In this document: one piece after another, positions 52,873-64,000 of the stretch
How the letters are laid out: every line of letters begins with the position of its first letter
How positions within the stretch are numbered: position 1 is the stretch's first letter
From: Macrostomum hystrix
Lineage: Eukaryota; Animalia; Platyhelminthes
Assembly: GCA_950097015.1 (NCBI GenBank)
Contig: CATNEN010000038.1
Location: 4,836,001 to 4,900,000 of the forward strand
DNA length: 64,000 bases
Direction: 5' to 3'
The notes under the pieces: generated by a model
What the model was told of the DNA's origin: nothing
The model's input: the letters and a program-made list of their open reading frames with translations, nothing else
Databases searched by the model: none
Made by a program: the position numbers and the translations under genes

Positions 52873-53184
52873 CTCACGCTTGAACACGAACTGAGAGGCG
52901 AGGATTGAGTTCTTGACACAATGTTGCTTGTGAATCGCTTCTTAACCACGCTAAATTATTTAACTTTTAAGTGAGCTTGTAGAGTTGAATAACTGTCTTT
53001 TATCTACTTTGATCGATAAAAAATTATATAACAACATGTTCGTTAAATAAAAACAGTCCGTTTTGGCGAGCAGTCATGAATCTGGCTTTAATCTCAAGAT
53101 TTGTTCCGAATTTGACGCTGGCATTAGACCACTGAGAATCATGGGAATTGCATATGCTGAGGTAACTGGTATCATTTGCTGGAC

Positions 53185-54140
53185 GGTGTTGAGGGAACTG
53201 GTGCTGGGCATTGCATGGTGTTGAGGGAACTGGTGCTGGGCATTGCATGGTGTTGGAGGAACTGGTGCTGGGTATTGCATGGTGTTGAGGGAACTGGTGC
53301 TGGGAATTGCATGGTGTTGGGGGAACTGGTGCTGGGTATTGCATGGTGTTGAGGGAACTGGTGCTGGGTATTGCATGGTGTTGAGGGAACTGGTGCTGGG
53401 CATTGCATAGTGTTGGAGGAACTGGTGCTGGGCATTGCATGGTGTTGAGGGAACTGGTGCTGGGCATTGCATGGTGTTGAGGGAACTGGTGCTGGGCATT
53501 GCATGGTGTTGAGGGAACTGGTGCTGGGCATTGCATGGTGTTGGGGGAACTGGCGCTGGGCATTGCATGGTGTTGAGGGAACTGGTGCTGGGCATTGCAT
53601 GGTGTTGGGGGAACTGGTGCTGGGCATTGCATGGTGTTGGGGGAACTGGTGCTGGGAATTGCATGGTTTTGAGGGAACTGGTGCTGGGCATTGCATGGTG
53701 TTGAGGGAACTGGTGCTGGGCATTGCATGGTGTTGAGGGAACTGGTGCTGGGCATTGCATGGTGTTGGAGGAACTGGTGCTGGGTATTGCATGGTGTTGA
53801 GGGAACTGGTGCTGGGAATTGCATGGTGTTGGGGGAACTGGTGCTGGGTATTGCATGGTGTTGAGGGAACTGGTGCTGGGCATTGCATGGTGTTGGAGGA
53901 ACTGGTGCTGGGCATTGCATGGTGTTGAGGGAACTGGTGCTGGGCATTGCATGGTGTTGAGGGAACTGGTGCTGGGCATTGCATGGTGTTGAGGGAACTG
54001 GTGCTGGGCATTGCATGGTGTTGAGGGAACTGGTGCTGGGCATTGCATGGTGTTGAGGGAACTGGTGCTGGGCATTGCATGGTGTTTGGGGAACTGGTGC
54101 TGGGCATTGCATGGTGTTGGGGGAACTGGTGGTGCTGGGT
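53185..54140. repeat. Minisatellite, 32 bp unit (ggtgttgagggaactggtgctgggcattgcat), ~30 copies
   Basis: Direct tandem copies. Confidence 0.98.
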
Positions 54141-56749
54141 ACTTGTGTCTGTGTAAGAAATGACACCGACAATTTGGTAATAGGTTACCTGAAATAATTA
54201 AAATCTAAAATTTGCGTGGCTGGCAAACGCCTCAGCATTTTTTCGGTACAGTTGCCTTTCGTAAAATAGTAAAACCAACTTATCTGCTGTAATAGTCAGA
54301 ATCGCATATCTGGCAATCGATTTGAACTAGAAAGTAAACAGCAGGATTTACAATGTACCGTAGAGCTTTAGAGAACTATCGCATTGAAATTAATTATGCA
54401 ACATGCTTTCAGTGCATGCAGACTGAAATAATAAGGTTAGGAAATATAATTCTAATTCAGAGGGCGGGCAGAAGGTAAGCTCTGCAGAGAAGGCCACAGC
54501 AAACATGGAAATAATGGAAGAGCTTAGTATAAGAAATTAGCACTAGCGAGACCCCATGGATCATAGCCGAGGGCGTGCAAGATGAAGGATTGAAGGAGGC
54601 GGGGCAGCATTGGGGAGCGGCTGCATCAGAGAATACCTATAATATGCACTCCTTGAATATGCGGAGAACGAATGAAGAAGGGCTGGCCTCGGGGGTCAAA
54701 CGAGTGCGACTTTCTCACCTCTGGCTGGAGGATGCTTCACGAATCCCGAACCCATCCAGCTCCTGCTCCGGGGCTAAGCCGACCCCGGAGATTGCTGCCC
54801 TATGCACGCACGCTGATATGCCGCACAGAAGCAATTCGCGCCATTTCGACCTCTCGGATTGGGAAAATGAAATCGGGCAATTAGTGTATATTATAGCTCT
54901 CACATTTCACTCATCCTCGCCCTAGGTGATAAACTTTCAAATATGTCCCAGCTGGGTCCGATTTAGAAAAAATGAAATGTGGATTACCGGCATCATGCAA
55001 TGATGCTTCATGCTTCATGACCGATCGTCATGCAATACGAGCTATTGTCGCCGATAAAGCCCACAAGACAGATTTTCAGTGCAGTTGTACTACTCTGTAT
55101 GTGTGTGTGCCTGCGTACGTACGTATATGTTGTGTGCTTGGGGGCCAGAGTCTTTGGGGTCACCTTAATGTCTCAAAAATTATATTTATAGTGTAATAGT
55201 TAGCCTCTTGTATATACGTTATTCTATTATAAAAATTATAAAAATAAATAAAATTAAAAATGCGCCAAAAAAAATAATAATTTGTTTATCTTTGTACCGT
55301 ATCAAAAGTAATACTGTATGTAAATAATTTTGTTTTAAATCGCGTATTATAAATAATATTATGTAAAATGCTCCTGTTTAAACAAAAGTTAATTTTTCTC
55401 ACTATAAATAGCCGCACTTTTGGTCTGGAAAAATAACCTGTGAGTGAGTCCGAGAGAGTTCGAAAGTGTTCGAAGTGTTTCAGTGAGTTTGTAAGAGTGT
55501 TTCGAAGTGTGTGTTTTTAGAGTTGAAGTTGAAATTGTTGAGTTGAGTTAAAGCTGAAAGCCTTTGTACAAGAGTATTAAAGTGTTTCAGGAGAGTGTTT
55601 AAAGAGTTTAAAAGTTGAAGTAGTTTTTCAAGAGGTGTTTGTAAATATAGTTTTAAGTGTGTTTAAAAGATAAATTTCCGACAGCTTTGCATTGTGTTAT
55701 TCATTTTAAAGGAAGATAGCAGTGAGAAGTATAATTAGAATTATACTCAGAAGTTATACTAAGAATATTATCGAAGGGAACTGCTAAACTCTAATCTCGG
55801 GGACGCCTAATCGGCTGGAAAAGTATACAGTTGCCTAATTACCGCTCGTGCATATATAAACGCTACCATTTGAGAAGTTAAAACGGCCCTTTTAAGGTCC
55901 ACCAGTTAATGTGAGTCAACTGTAGTAGAAATATTAAAATAGCCCAGTATAACTTTGATAACAACGGTGAGATAATTAATTTCCACCTGTACAACTTTGG
56001 TGGCATTCAGTAAAATTAAGTAAAAAGAAGTAAGCCCTGGTACAATAGCTCTTATAAATAACTGCTTTGAAGATGGGAGATTAAAATTTATCTGGATTTC
56101 AATTTTCGCTTCAGTCATCACGGGCTCGTGATCAGGCGATCAACTGTTTCAGGCCGCCACAGATCCATTTTTGTTGGCTTTGCTTAAATCTACTGGCGAA
56201 ATTCGAGCGAATCAAGAGAATTGAGAAAGGTAACATTACGTGAAAGGTAACATTTCACCCTTACAAATAAAGCAGATGACACACTCGAATAAACTGTTCG
56301 ACACGCAAATTACTGATTTACGCAATTCGACTAAAGAAAGCTAAATTTGTTTTACGATAGTTGTATAAAAAAACTTTTTGCTCCTTTATTTTGAAACGAA
56401 TATGATTGCAACTATCGTGAATCAACGGTATATGCCAATATTTTTCTCTATGAAATCATGATTTCCTAGCAGCTAAAGCAAAATCAAAGACCATCGATAA
56501 CGGGCTCTCCTATGTATATCTTGCGTATCCTATAAAGTTAAGTTAGTCCTATAAACTTAAGGGCTGAAATTTTCACTGTCAAGGCAGGTGTTGAGATCAA
56601 ACGTTTCTTGCGAAGCTTTCTTTGATGACGCCTAACAAATTATAACTTTTGGCACACTTCTGAAAGTATATATATCGCGCACTGATTTCCTAAAAATGTG
56701 TTTTAATTAATCTTTATTTACGCTCGTAGTTGTATGTACCTGCAGCATG

Positions 56750-57325
56750 TTCGGTGGGATTCGTTTCCCGACTCCTACGGAAGAACTTGTGTCCTTTAGC
56801 AAAACACTTGATTCTGCATTGCTCTAGTTCAAAAAAATTAAAATAATTGATTACACCTGCCCCAATTGGGCCAGATGTGCAGCCGACAGCACAGCCGCAG
56901 CTAATGCGCGGCGCATCTGAAGGCTGCGTACAGCTGTTCAGTCCACGGACTGGGGGGACGCCACACCCACCTTTAATTATCCCAGCTGATGCTGGTACCC
57001 ATTTAACAGCTGGGTGAACTGAAGCAATGCAGAGTTAAGTGTCTTGCTAAAGGACGCAAATTGTTCCAGTGGAGTCGGGAATCGAACCCCCGACCTTCAA
57101 GTCGTGAGTCCGACGCCCTAACCACTAGACTACAACCTCTGCTATCTAGTTCACAAATAGCTATTAAATTGGTACCGGCATAAAGCTGGGGTAATTGAGA
57201 GTCAGTGTGGTGTCCCCCAGTCCATGGACTGAACAGCCGTACTTGATCAGATACGCCGTACGCAATAGCACCGGCTGTGCTGTCGAATCCACATCTGGCA
57301 CAATAAGAGCAGGTGTAATTACTTC
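56750..57325 (+). mobile_element. Older diverged SINE copy, split into 56750-56831 and 57145-57325
   Basis: B-box/core half on the left; core continuation and 3' body (cccagtccatggactgaacag...gcaggtgtaat) on the right. Confidence 0.75.
56832..57144 (-). mobile_element. Full-length tRNA-derived CORE-like SINE with 9 bp TSD (tctagttca)
   Basis: Minus strand: gtagtctagtgg (A box), ctcacga loop, ggttcgattcc (B box), core and body highly similar to 23263-23550. Confidence 0.88.
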
Positions 57326-57736
57326 ACTTCGTAAATGTATGCATAGGCAAAAAGCAAAAAGATTGTTCACCATTTATATGCACATTAGCCAGCTCAATTT
57401 CTACCTGCATTACTGTGTAGATTTTAGATACTGACTAGCACACTTAGCCCCCCTTGAGGGGCACTACTGTTCAGACAAAAAATATTGTGTAATGCAGAAG
57501 GACAAAACACACCTGAAAGTAAGCAAAAACGAAAACTCATTTCGTCAGCATTAATTTCCCTGATTGCGAACATACTTGATTGCGATTCAACAAAGAATTT
57601 GAATTCTCACTAAATACAAAAATAGTTTGTCTGAGATCGAATACATTCTGAGACATCCGGTCTGCACACCAAGAGCACCATTGGGGCAGAATTACAAAAG
57701 TAACTTACGTTTGATACTTGCATAACTCTGCTTAAT

Positions 57737-59296
57737 TGTTATTGTTATTATTATTAAAACGCGCACGCCATCTATTGATGCTGATTTTTTTCCTTTATAT
57801 ATTCTTTGACAAAAAAATATTTTATTGGACAACGAAAAACAAAAAAGCGAAGTTTTGTAGGATTCAACTATCGAGTTGGGAAGGGAAAAGCAAAGGTATT
57901 AAAAATAAGAGCAGTAGAACCACAAGGGACACCAGGAATAAAAAATATATGAAATATGTATATTGTTAAATCTTAATACGAGCTCGTAGTCTCAGGGCAG
58001 CTGTTCCCTTATTTTAGAGATTTCTGTGATGTTCTTTGCTAAAGCTTCAGTGGTTTCCCTATCGTCTTGTGCAATTATGTAGTTAGATTTCTCTTACGGA
58101 ATTTTCGGTCTCGCAGTTCGCAATGTTTCGCAAGCTAGCTTATGGTTTCCTAGTCTAAACGAGGCTATGGTACGTCTCAACTCCGGGTTGTATATTTGTT
58201 GTAAATATTTTTCGGCTGAATAATATTGCTTGAAGGAGTAATAGAAGTGACTTAGCTTGCTTGAGTTCTGTGTCCTTTGTCTCCAATGGGTATCGAACTG
58301 AGAAACGAAATTTTTCCTGTGGTTTCTAATTGCTTTTGCAGGACTAATGCCTCTGCAGTTCAGCATAACCTCATTGTTGGTCTTTGATTTGATTGCAACA
58401 TCACTGTATGTTGGGTCCGCTAATAACTTGAAAATGATGGAGTCCGGCCGGCTTGTTATGGAGCTTATGTTATGTTAAAATATGAGCCCAGTATGAAATG
58501 CTTTTTTTCTGGATGTTGTATATAATAAAGGCAATCTGCCTAACTCTGAGCGGGCCCCGTTGCCATCTGTATTTTGGCTGACTTGTAGTATGGCTTTACA
58601 GCACCTGATTTTTACCCTTTCAAAAAGACAGCGGTCCCAAGGACCCAGGTTCCACGAGACAAAACCCCCCCAGGCCTCGGAGGCGTACAGAGCTATGCTT
58701 TCTATCATTGCTGTGCAGTACAGCATGAGCTGATTGTATCTGACCGCCCCATGGCTAGCTAATTTCCTTAAGAGAAGAATAGGATATCCACATTTTTTGT
58801 TAATCTCTGTGGCATGGGAATCCACGGTTCCTTTAGCATTGATGTGAAAGCCAAGATATTTCCATTCTTTGACGCTATCTAACAGTTGTCCCTGCAGAAA
58901 TAGTTTGTTAGCCGTCTTTGATGGGTCAGGGCTACAGCTAATAACCTTAGTTTTTTGCATATCGATTTCTAGCTTGTGGCTCTGACAAAATTCAGACACT
59001 TTATCGAGGCCCTTCTGCAACTCTCGAGGATTCTCTCCAAAGATCACTAGATCATCGCAGTACAGCAAGTTGTTGATTTGTTCATCTTTAATGAAGGTGT
59101 CGCTGCGAAATTAATCCCTTAGCATTGTGCTCAAAGGATCTATATAGAGTGAGAAGAGTAGAGGGGATAGGGGACAGCCTTGTCTTACTCCATTTGTTAT
59201 GTTTCTTGCCTTAGTTGCTTGGCCATCTGAGACCTTCAGTTGATTAGCTCCTGAGTACATGCTTTGTATTGTAATGCTACGAGTACTAAGGTACAT
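57737..59296 (-). mobile_element. Decayed, 5'-truncated non-LTR retrotransposon (LINE) reverse transcriptase
   Basis: GVRQGCPLSPLLFSLYID, LYCDDLVIF, WKYLG and C-terminal FRLGNHKLACET in broken ORFs; possible (TAA)n tail at 57737-57756 (3' boundary uncertain). Confidence 0.9.
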
Positions 59297-59307
59297 GCGA
59301 ATACTAT

Positions 59308-60745
59308 CCCCTCAGCAGCAGAGAACCAATGTCCCCGGCCCCAGCAGCAGAGAACTAATATCCCCCCAGCAGCAGAGAACTAATATACCCTCAGAATCAG
59401 AGAACTAATGTCACCTCAGCAGCAGAGAACTAATGTCCCCTCAGCAGCAGAGAACTAATGTCACCTCAGCAGCAGAGAACTAATGTCCCCTCAGCAGCAG
59501 AGAACTAATATCCCCCCAGCAGCAGAGAACTAATATACCCTCAGCAGCAGAGAACTAATGTCCCCTCAGCAGCAGAGAACTAATGTCCCCCCAGCAGCAG
59601 AGAACTAATATACCCTCAGCAGCAGAGAACTAATATACCCTCAGCAGCAGAGAACTAATATACCCTCAGCAGCAGAGAACTAATATACCCTCAGCAGCAG
59701 AGAACCAATGTCCCCCCAGCAGCAGAGAACCAATGTCCCCCCAGCAGCAGAGAACTAATGTCCCCCCAGCAGCAGAGAACTAATATACCCTCAGCAGCAG
59801 AGAACTAATATACCCTCAGCAGCAGAGAACCAATGTCCCCCCAGCAGCAGAGAACTAATATACCCTCAGCAGCAGAGAACTAATATACCCTCAGCAGCAG
59901 AGAACCAATGTCCCCCCAGCAGCAGAGAACTAATATACCCTCAGCAGCAGAGAACCAATGTCCCCCCAGCAGCAGAGAACTAATGTCCCCCAGCAGCAGA
60001 GAACTAATATACCCTCAGCAGCAGAGAACTAATATACCCTCAGCAGCAGAGAACCAATGTCCCCCCAGCAGCAGAGAACTAATATACCCTCAGCAGCAGA
60101 GAACCAATGTCCCCCCAGCAGCAGAGAACTAATGTCCCCCAGCAGCAGAGAACTAATATACCCTCAGCAGCAGAGAACCAATGTCCCCCCAGCAGCAGAG
60201 AACCAATGTCCCCCCAGCAGCAGAGAACTAATGTCCCCCAGCAGCAGAGAACTAATATACCCTCAGCAGCAGAGAACTAATATACCCTCAGCAGCAGAGA
60301 ACTAATATACCCTCAGCAGCAGAGAACCAATGCCCCCCAGCAGTAAATAACCAATGTCCCCCAAACGACAGAGAACTATTGTCCCCTCAGCAGAAAAAGC
60401 AGACCAATGTCCCCCCAGCAGCAGAGAACTAATGTCCCCAAGTAGCCGAGAACTAATGTCCCCCCAGCAGTGCAGAACTTATGTCCCCTCAGTAGCAAAT
60501 AGTCAATGTACCCCCGGCAGTAAATACCCAATGTCACCTAAACAGCAGTGAACTACGAGTAATTTCCCCTCAGCACAGAGAACCAATGTCCCCTCAGCAC
60601 AGAGAACCAATGTCCCCTCAGCACAGAGAACCAATGTCCCCTCAGCACAGAGAACCAATGTCCCCTCAGCACAGAGAACCAATGTCCCCTCAGCACAGAG
60701 AACCAATGTCCCCTCAGCACAGAGAACCAATGTCCCCTCAGCAGC
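59308..60745. repeat. Compound minisatellite, 25 bp (ccctcagcagcagagaactaatata) grading to 24 bp (ccctcagcacagagaaccaatgtc)
   Basis: Direct tandem copies. Confidence 0.97.
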
Positions 60746-61495
60746 TGAGAACTAATTTCCTCCAAACAGGAAATGAGAGGAAATCATTACCGCCATATAG
60801 CAGAGAAATATTTTACTCAGCCCAGCAGGCAACAATTATCTCCTGTTACATGTGGCACTGTTAGACTCCTTAAAAACTGTTAGGCTCCTTAATGAATGGA
60901 TACATTTAGAAAACTGTTAGAAATAGTACAAGCCTACGCAGGAGGAGTCGAAGTCGCGAAGGTTTTGGACTCGTGCACAGAACAAACGAACCAAGAAAAT
61001 AGTGAAGCCACTAGGCGCAACGGAACATACTACGAGTATATAACCAACACCAAAAAAGAAAACTTTTAGCTCTCAAGAAAAAGGACACTGAAAACTGAAA
61101 AGCAAAATTGAGCCACGGTTGAAAGAGCCTTTTCCAGAATAACAACAAATATAAATATAGACGTGAATATAAGATCGCCAACTTGAGCTTCACAATAAAA
61201 CCAAAGAGCGGCACGCAGGAAAAGAAGCACTATAGGGAAATGAACGGAGAACAGAAAAACGCGATAGGCAAGACGAGAAAGAGCGAGACAGCGCGCGCTT
61301 AGACTTCAAGAGGAACCAGCAACGCAACCGGACGATGAAAATAAGATGAGAAACGACGCTGTGGATTCGCTAACCGGAGAAGACATGATCTCGACAAACC
61401 GTCTCGACCATGGTGAACCGCTTCCACAACTGCCAACTTCCACTGCAGCCTCGGCACGCCGGAGTCCATGACCAACACACGTCACCGACCATGAA

Positions 61496-61592
61496 TTCTC
61501 TAAAATATTTGCCATTTCAATGACCATGTACATGCGAATTTGCTAAAAATTTGCATGTACATGGTCATTGAGATGGCAAATCTTTTAGAGAA
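61496..61592 (+). other. Inverted repeat / hairpin, 46 bp arms, 5 nt loop
   Basis: Arms 61496-61541 and 61547-61592 are reverse complements with 3 mismatches. Confidence 0.9.
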
Positions 61593-62999
61593 AGAATCAC
61601 GAAAATCGGACAATGCATTCGCTAGATCTCTAAGACCTCTTTTTTACACTGAGTCAATTGACAACTCAACTCAACAACAACGACTCAACTTAACTTTTAT
61701 TTCTCTCTGAAAACGGCGGCTATATATATATACAGAAAATTAGCGTTTGTTTAAATGTTGGAATTTTACAAAATAATATTTATACTGTGGCGGACAGTCA
61801 ACACGCGACCGGCCAGCAACATTGCAGCCGCACCCAAACCCCTCAACCTCAGTCTAGTTGAGGTGGGGGTTGGTGCACCCAGCCAGCCGGCTCGCTAAGC
61901 CGGGTGTGAGAAGTCACGCCACCATTTCGCACCTCCCTAGGCCCCTCTATCTCGCTCTCGCGTTTGCTGTAAATATAAATATACGTGCCATGCAGCACAC
62001 TAACTTTGCTGCCACTCCAACTTCGTAAACAAAAGGCTTTCCGCCTTAATACGGTAGTTATTAAAACAAAAGCTATTCATACTGTATTACTTTTGACACG
62101 GTTACAAGTAAAACAAATTGTTTATTATTATTTTTTTGCGTATTTTTAACGTTTAGATTTTTATGATTATTTTTATAAGACAAAACGTATCTACACTGAA
62201 ACAAAAACGAAAACACTGTCACACAATGATTGCTTCCCTGCACGAAAACGCCTGCAGTTTTTTAGAGTAATGTTATTAGCTATAGTGTAATAGGCTAGGT
62301 TAAATTCGCGCGGAAAATATTCCATACGTATACCATTAATATTCAATTAATATGTCACGTTGTTTTAAAAGTCGTAAATATACTGAATATACACTCAGTT
62401 ATTAACCAATAACTATAAATATAGACCAATTTTACTAGGGAAAGACAACCGTTTCAAAGCCTATTATAGAAACAGTTCAAATCTCGTCGCGAGCAATCTT
62501 ACAAAGCCTTACTTATTTCTAAAGTAAGTACAAGCCGTGAGTACTCCGATCCGGGGAAAGCCCGAGAACAGACTGGCCAGAGAGCCTGAATCATCTTACT
62601 TAATGTCTGAATCACCTGAGAGCAGTGTCTCCAGAATTGCCTAGATCTAATATCTAGAACACTACTGGCAGAAGGCCAGAACTATCGTGTTAAGAGCCAC
62701 GCTACCCAAACTATCAGTAGTTTGAATCAATCCACCCAAAAGGGGTGCGGTATAATGATCGTATAGGTCACTTTAAGTTACTGGAAACAATAAATAAGGA
62801 AGTTAGGCCAACCATTTACATTATGTATTACTAAAGAGGAGAATTTGAATTATTAGGAAAGTGCAAATTATAAGAAGCACTACAACAATAGGACTAAATA
62901 TTGTCTCCTAGGTTTAAACCTAATAACGATTACAGCAATGCTCGAAGCATTTTTTAGTTTTGAAAATAAAAGAACGCTAGTAACAGCTACGTACGTATG

Positions 63000-64000
63000 C
63001 TCGAACATGGGGAACTTTCCAGAAGGATACCATACATGGCATACGCGCACACGAGAGAAGGATCGAGAAGATTCTGGAATAAACAAATGAACTCACGCAT
63101 TATAACAAATGAGGGAAGTTTCTAGAAACTTCCAGAATAATTGCACGATCGCCATAACACCTCCCTACCAAGCTGTGAGATCAGCTGAGAGAAAACGAAA
63201 GGTCTATAAGTCTATTCGTAGCCGAGGCTTACGCTGTCTCACCGAGCGTCTGGGGTTGTCCGGTCCGTAAGGTGGTGGCTGAACATGTCCTTGCTCCCGC
63301 CGGCCAGGAGACGGATCGAGGCGCCGCCGCCGGTATGGCCGGTAACACCTGGTGACTGGCCGTTTCGTTTAGCTGAACCGGCAGCGATCCTGGTTCGCTA
63401 TCTTCCATTGACGCGTGTCGTGGTTGCAGCTGGTCGAAGTGCCGCCGCCAGACCGGGCCGTTCGGGACCACCTTGACGTTAACGCTGCGGCTACCATGCC
63501 GCTTGGTGACCACCGCGGGAACCCAGCGGCCTTCCTTCTCGCGGCGTGGTCCGTAGTAGCGCGCATTGACTGCATCTCCGACGTTGAACCTTCTCGAACG
63601 CGAGACACCTCTTGACGAGCTCTGGACGCCTCGGCCTGCTTGGCTTGGCGATCCTGGGCGAGATGGGCCGGCGATGGTAGCAGCGTATCGATCTGCGTCC
63701 GGATCTGCCGGCCGTTGAGGAGTTCACTCGGAGAGTAGCCATTTACTGCCGGAGTCCGTCGGTACTGCATCAGGAACTGTTGTAGAGCCCTGGCAGGTGG
63801 CAGGCTGGATTTCCTCAGGGCCTTCTTAAAGGTCTGAACCAGCCGTTCGGCCGCTCCATTCGTTGCCGGGTGATATGGAGCTCCTGTGAGGTGCGCGATG
63901 CCATGTTCGCGACATCATGCTTAGAATTCCTCGGCCATGAATGCCGCTGCGTTGTCCGTGACGACGGCATGAGGGTAGCCGAAGTGGGCGAAGTCTTCTG
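63000..64000 (-). mobile_element. Ty3/Gypsy (Mag/K02A2.6-like) LTR retrotransposon 3' end: disrupted integrase, PPT and start of 3' LTR
   Basis: Minus strand FGYPHAVVTDNAAAFMAEEF*A*CREHGIAHLTGAPYHPATNGAAERLVQTFK; YRRTP..SPSELLNGR; WRRHFDQLQPR after a frameshift; PPT ggtagggagg (63169-63160) abutting TGTTAT at 63159. Distal LTR end not located. Confidence 0.92.
63011..63138. promoter_or_regulatory. Three heat shock element (nGAAn inverted array) clusters in the LTR
   Basis: 63011-63025 gGAActTTCcaGAAg; 63056-63080 aGAAggATCgaGAAgaTTCtgGAAt; 63114-63138 gGAAgtTTCtaGAAacTTCcaGAAt. Confidence 0.75.

Noticed and set aside
53024-54172. 300-380 aa minus-strand repetitive ORFs
   Set aside because: 32 bp array (not a multiple of 3), open in all three frames

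Overview
Eukaryotic (metazoan) genomic DNA with GC-rich spliced exons in AT-rich, minisatellite-saturated sequence. Gene content and repeat style suggest a flatworm, plausibly Macrostomum-like (inference). Five + strand genes can be reconstructed with in-phase GT-AG junctions: an NPY/NPF-type neuropeptide GPCR (2 coding exons), a KIAA0232-like protein with tandem CCCH zinc fingers (6 exons), a neuropeptide precursor with 8x AWHAGSRLamide, a Na+/K+-ATPase alpha subunit (6 exons), and an insulin-like peptide (3 exons, absent from the ORF track). Mobile DNA includes tRNA-derived CORE-like SINEs (one nested inside another with a TSD), a decayed LINE, and the 3' end of a Ty3/Gypsy (Mag-like) LTR element whose LTR carries three heat-shock-element clusters. 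About 25 tandem arrays (4-48 bp units) explain most long ORFs in the track. All protein identifications are by motif recognition, not database search.
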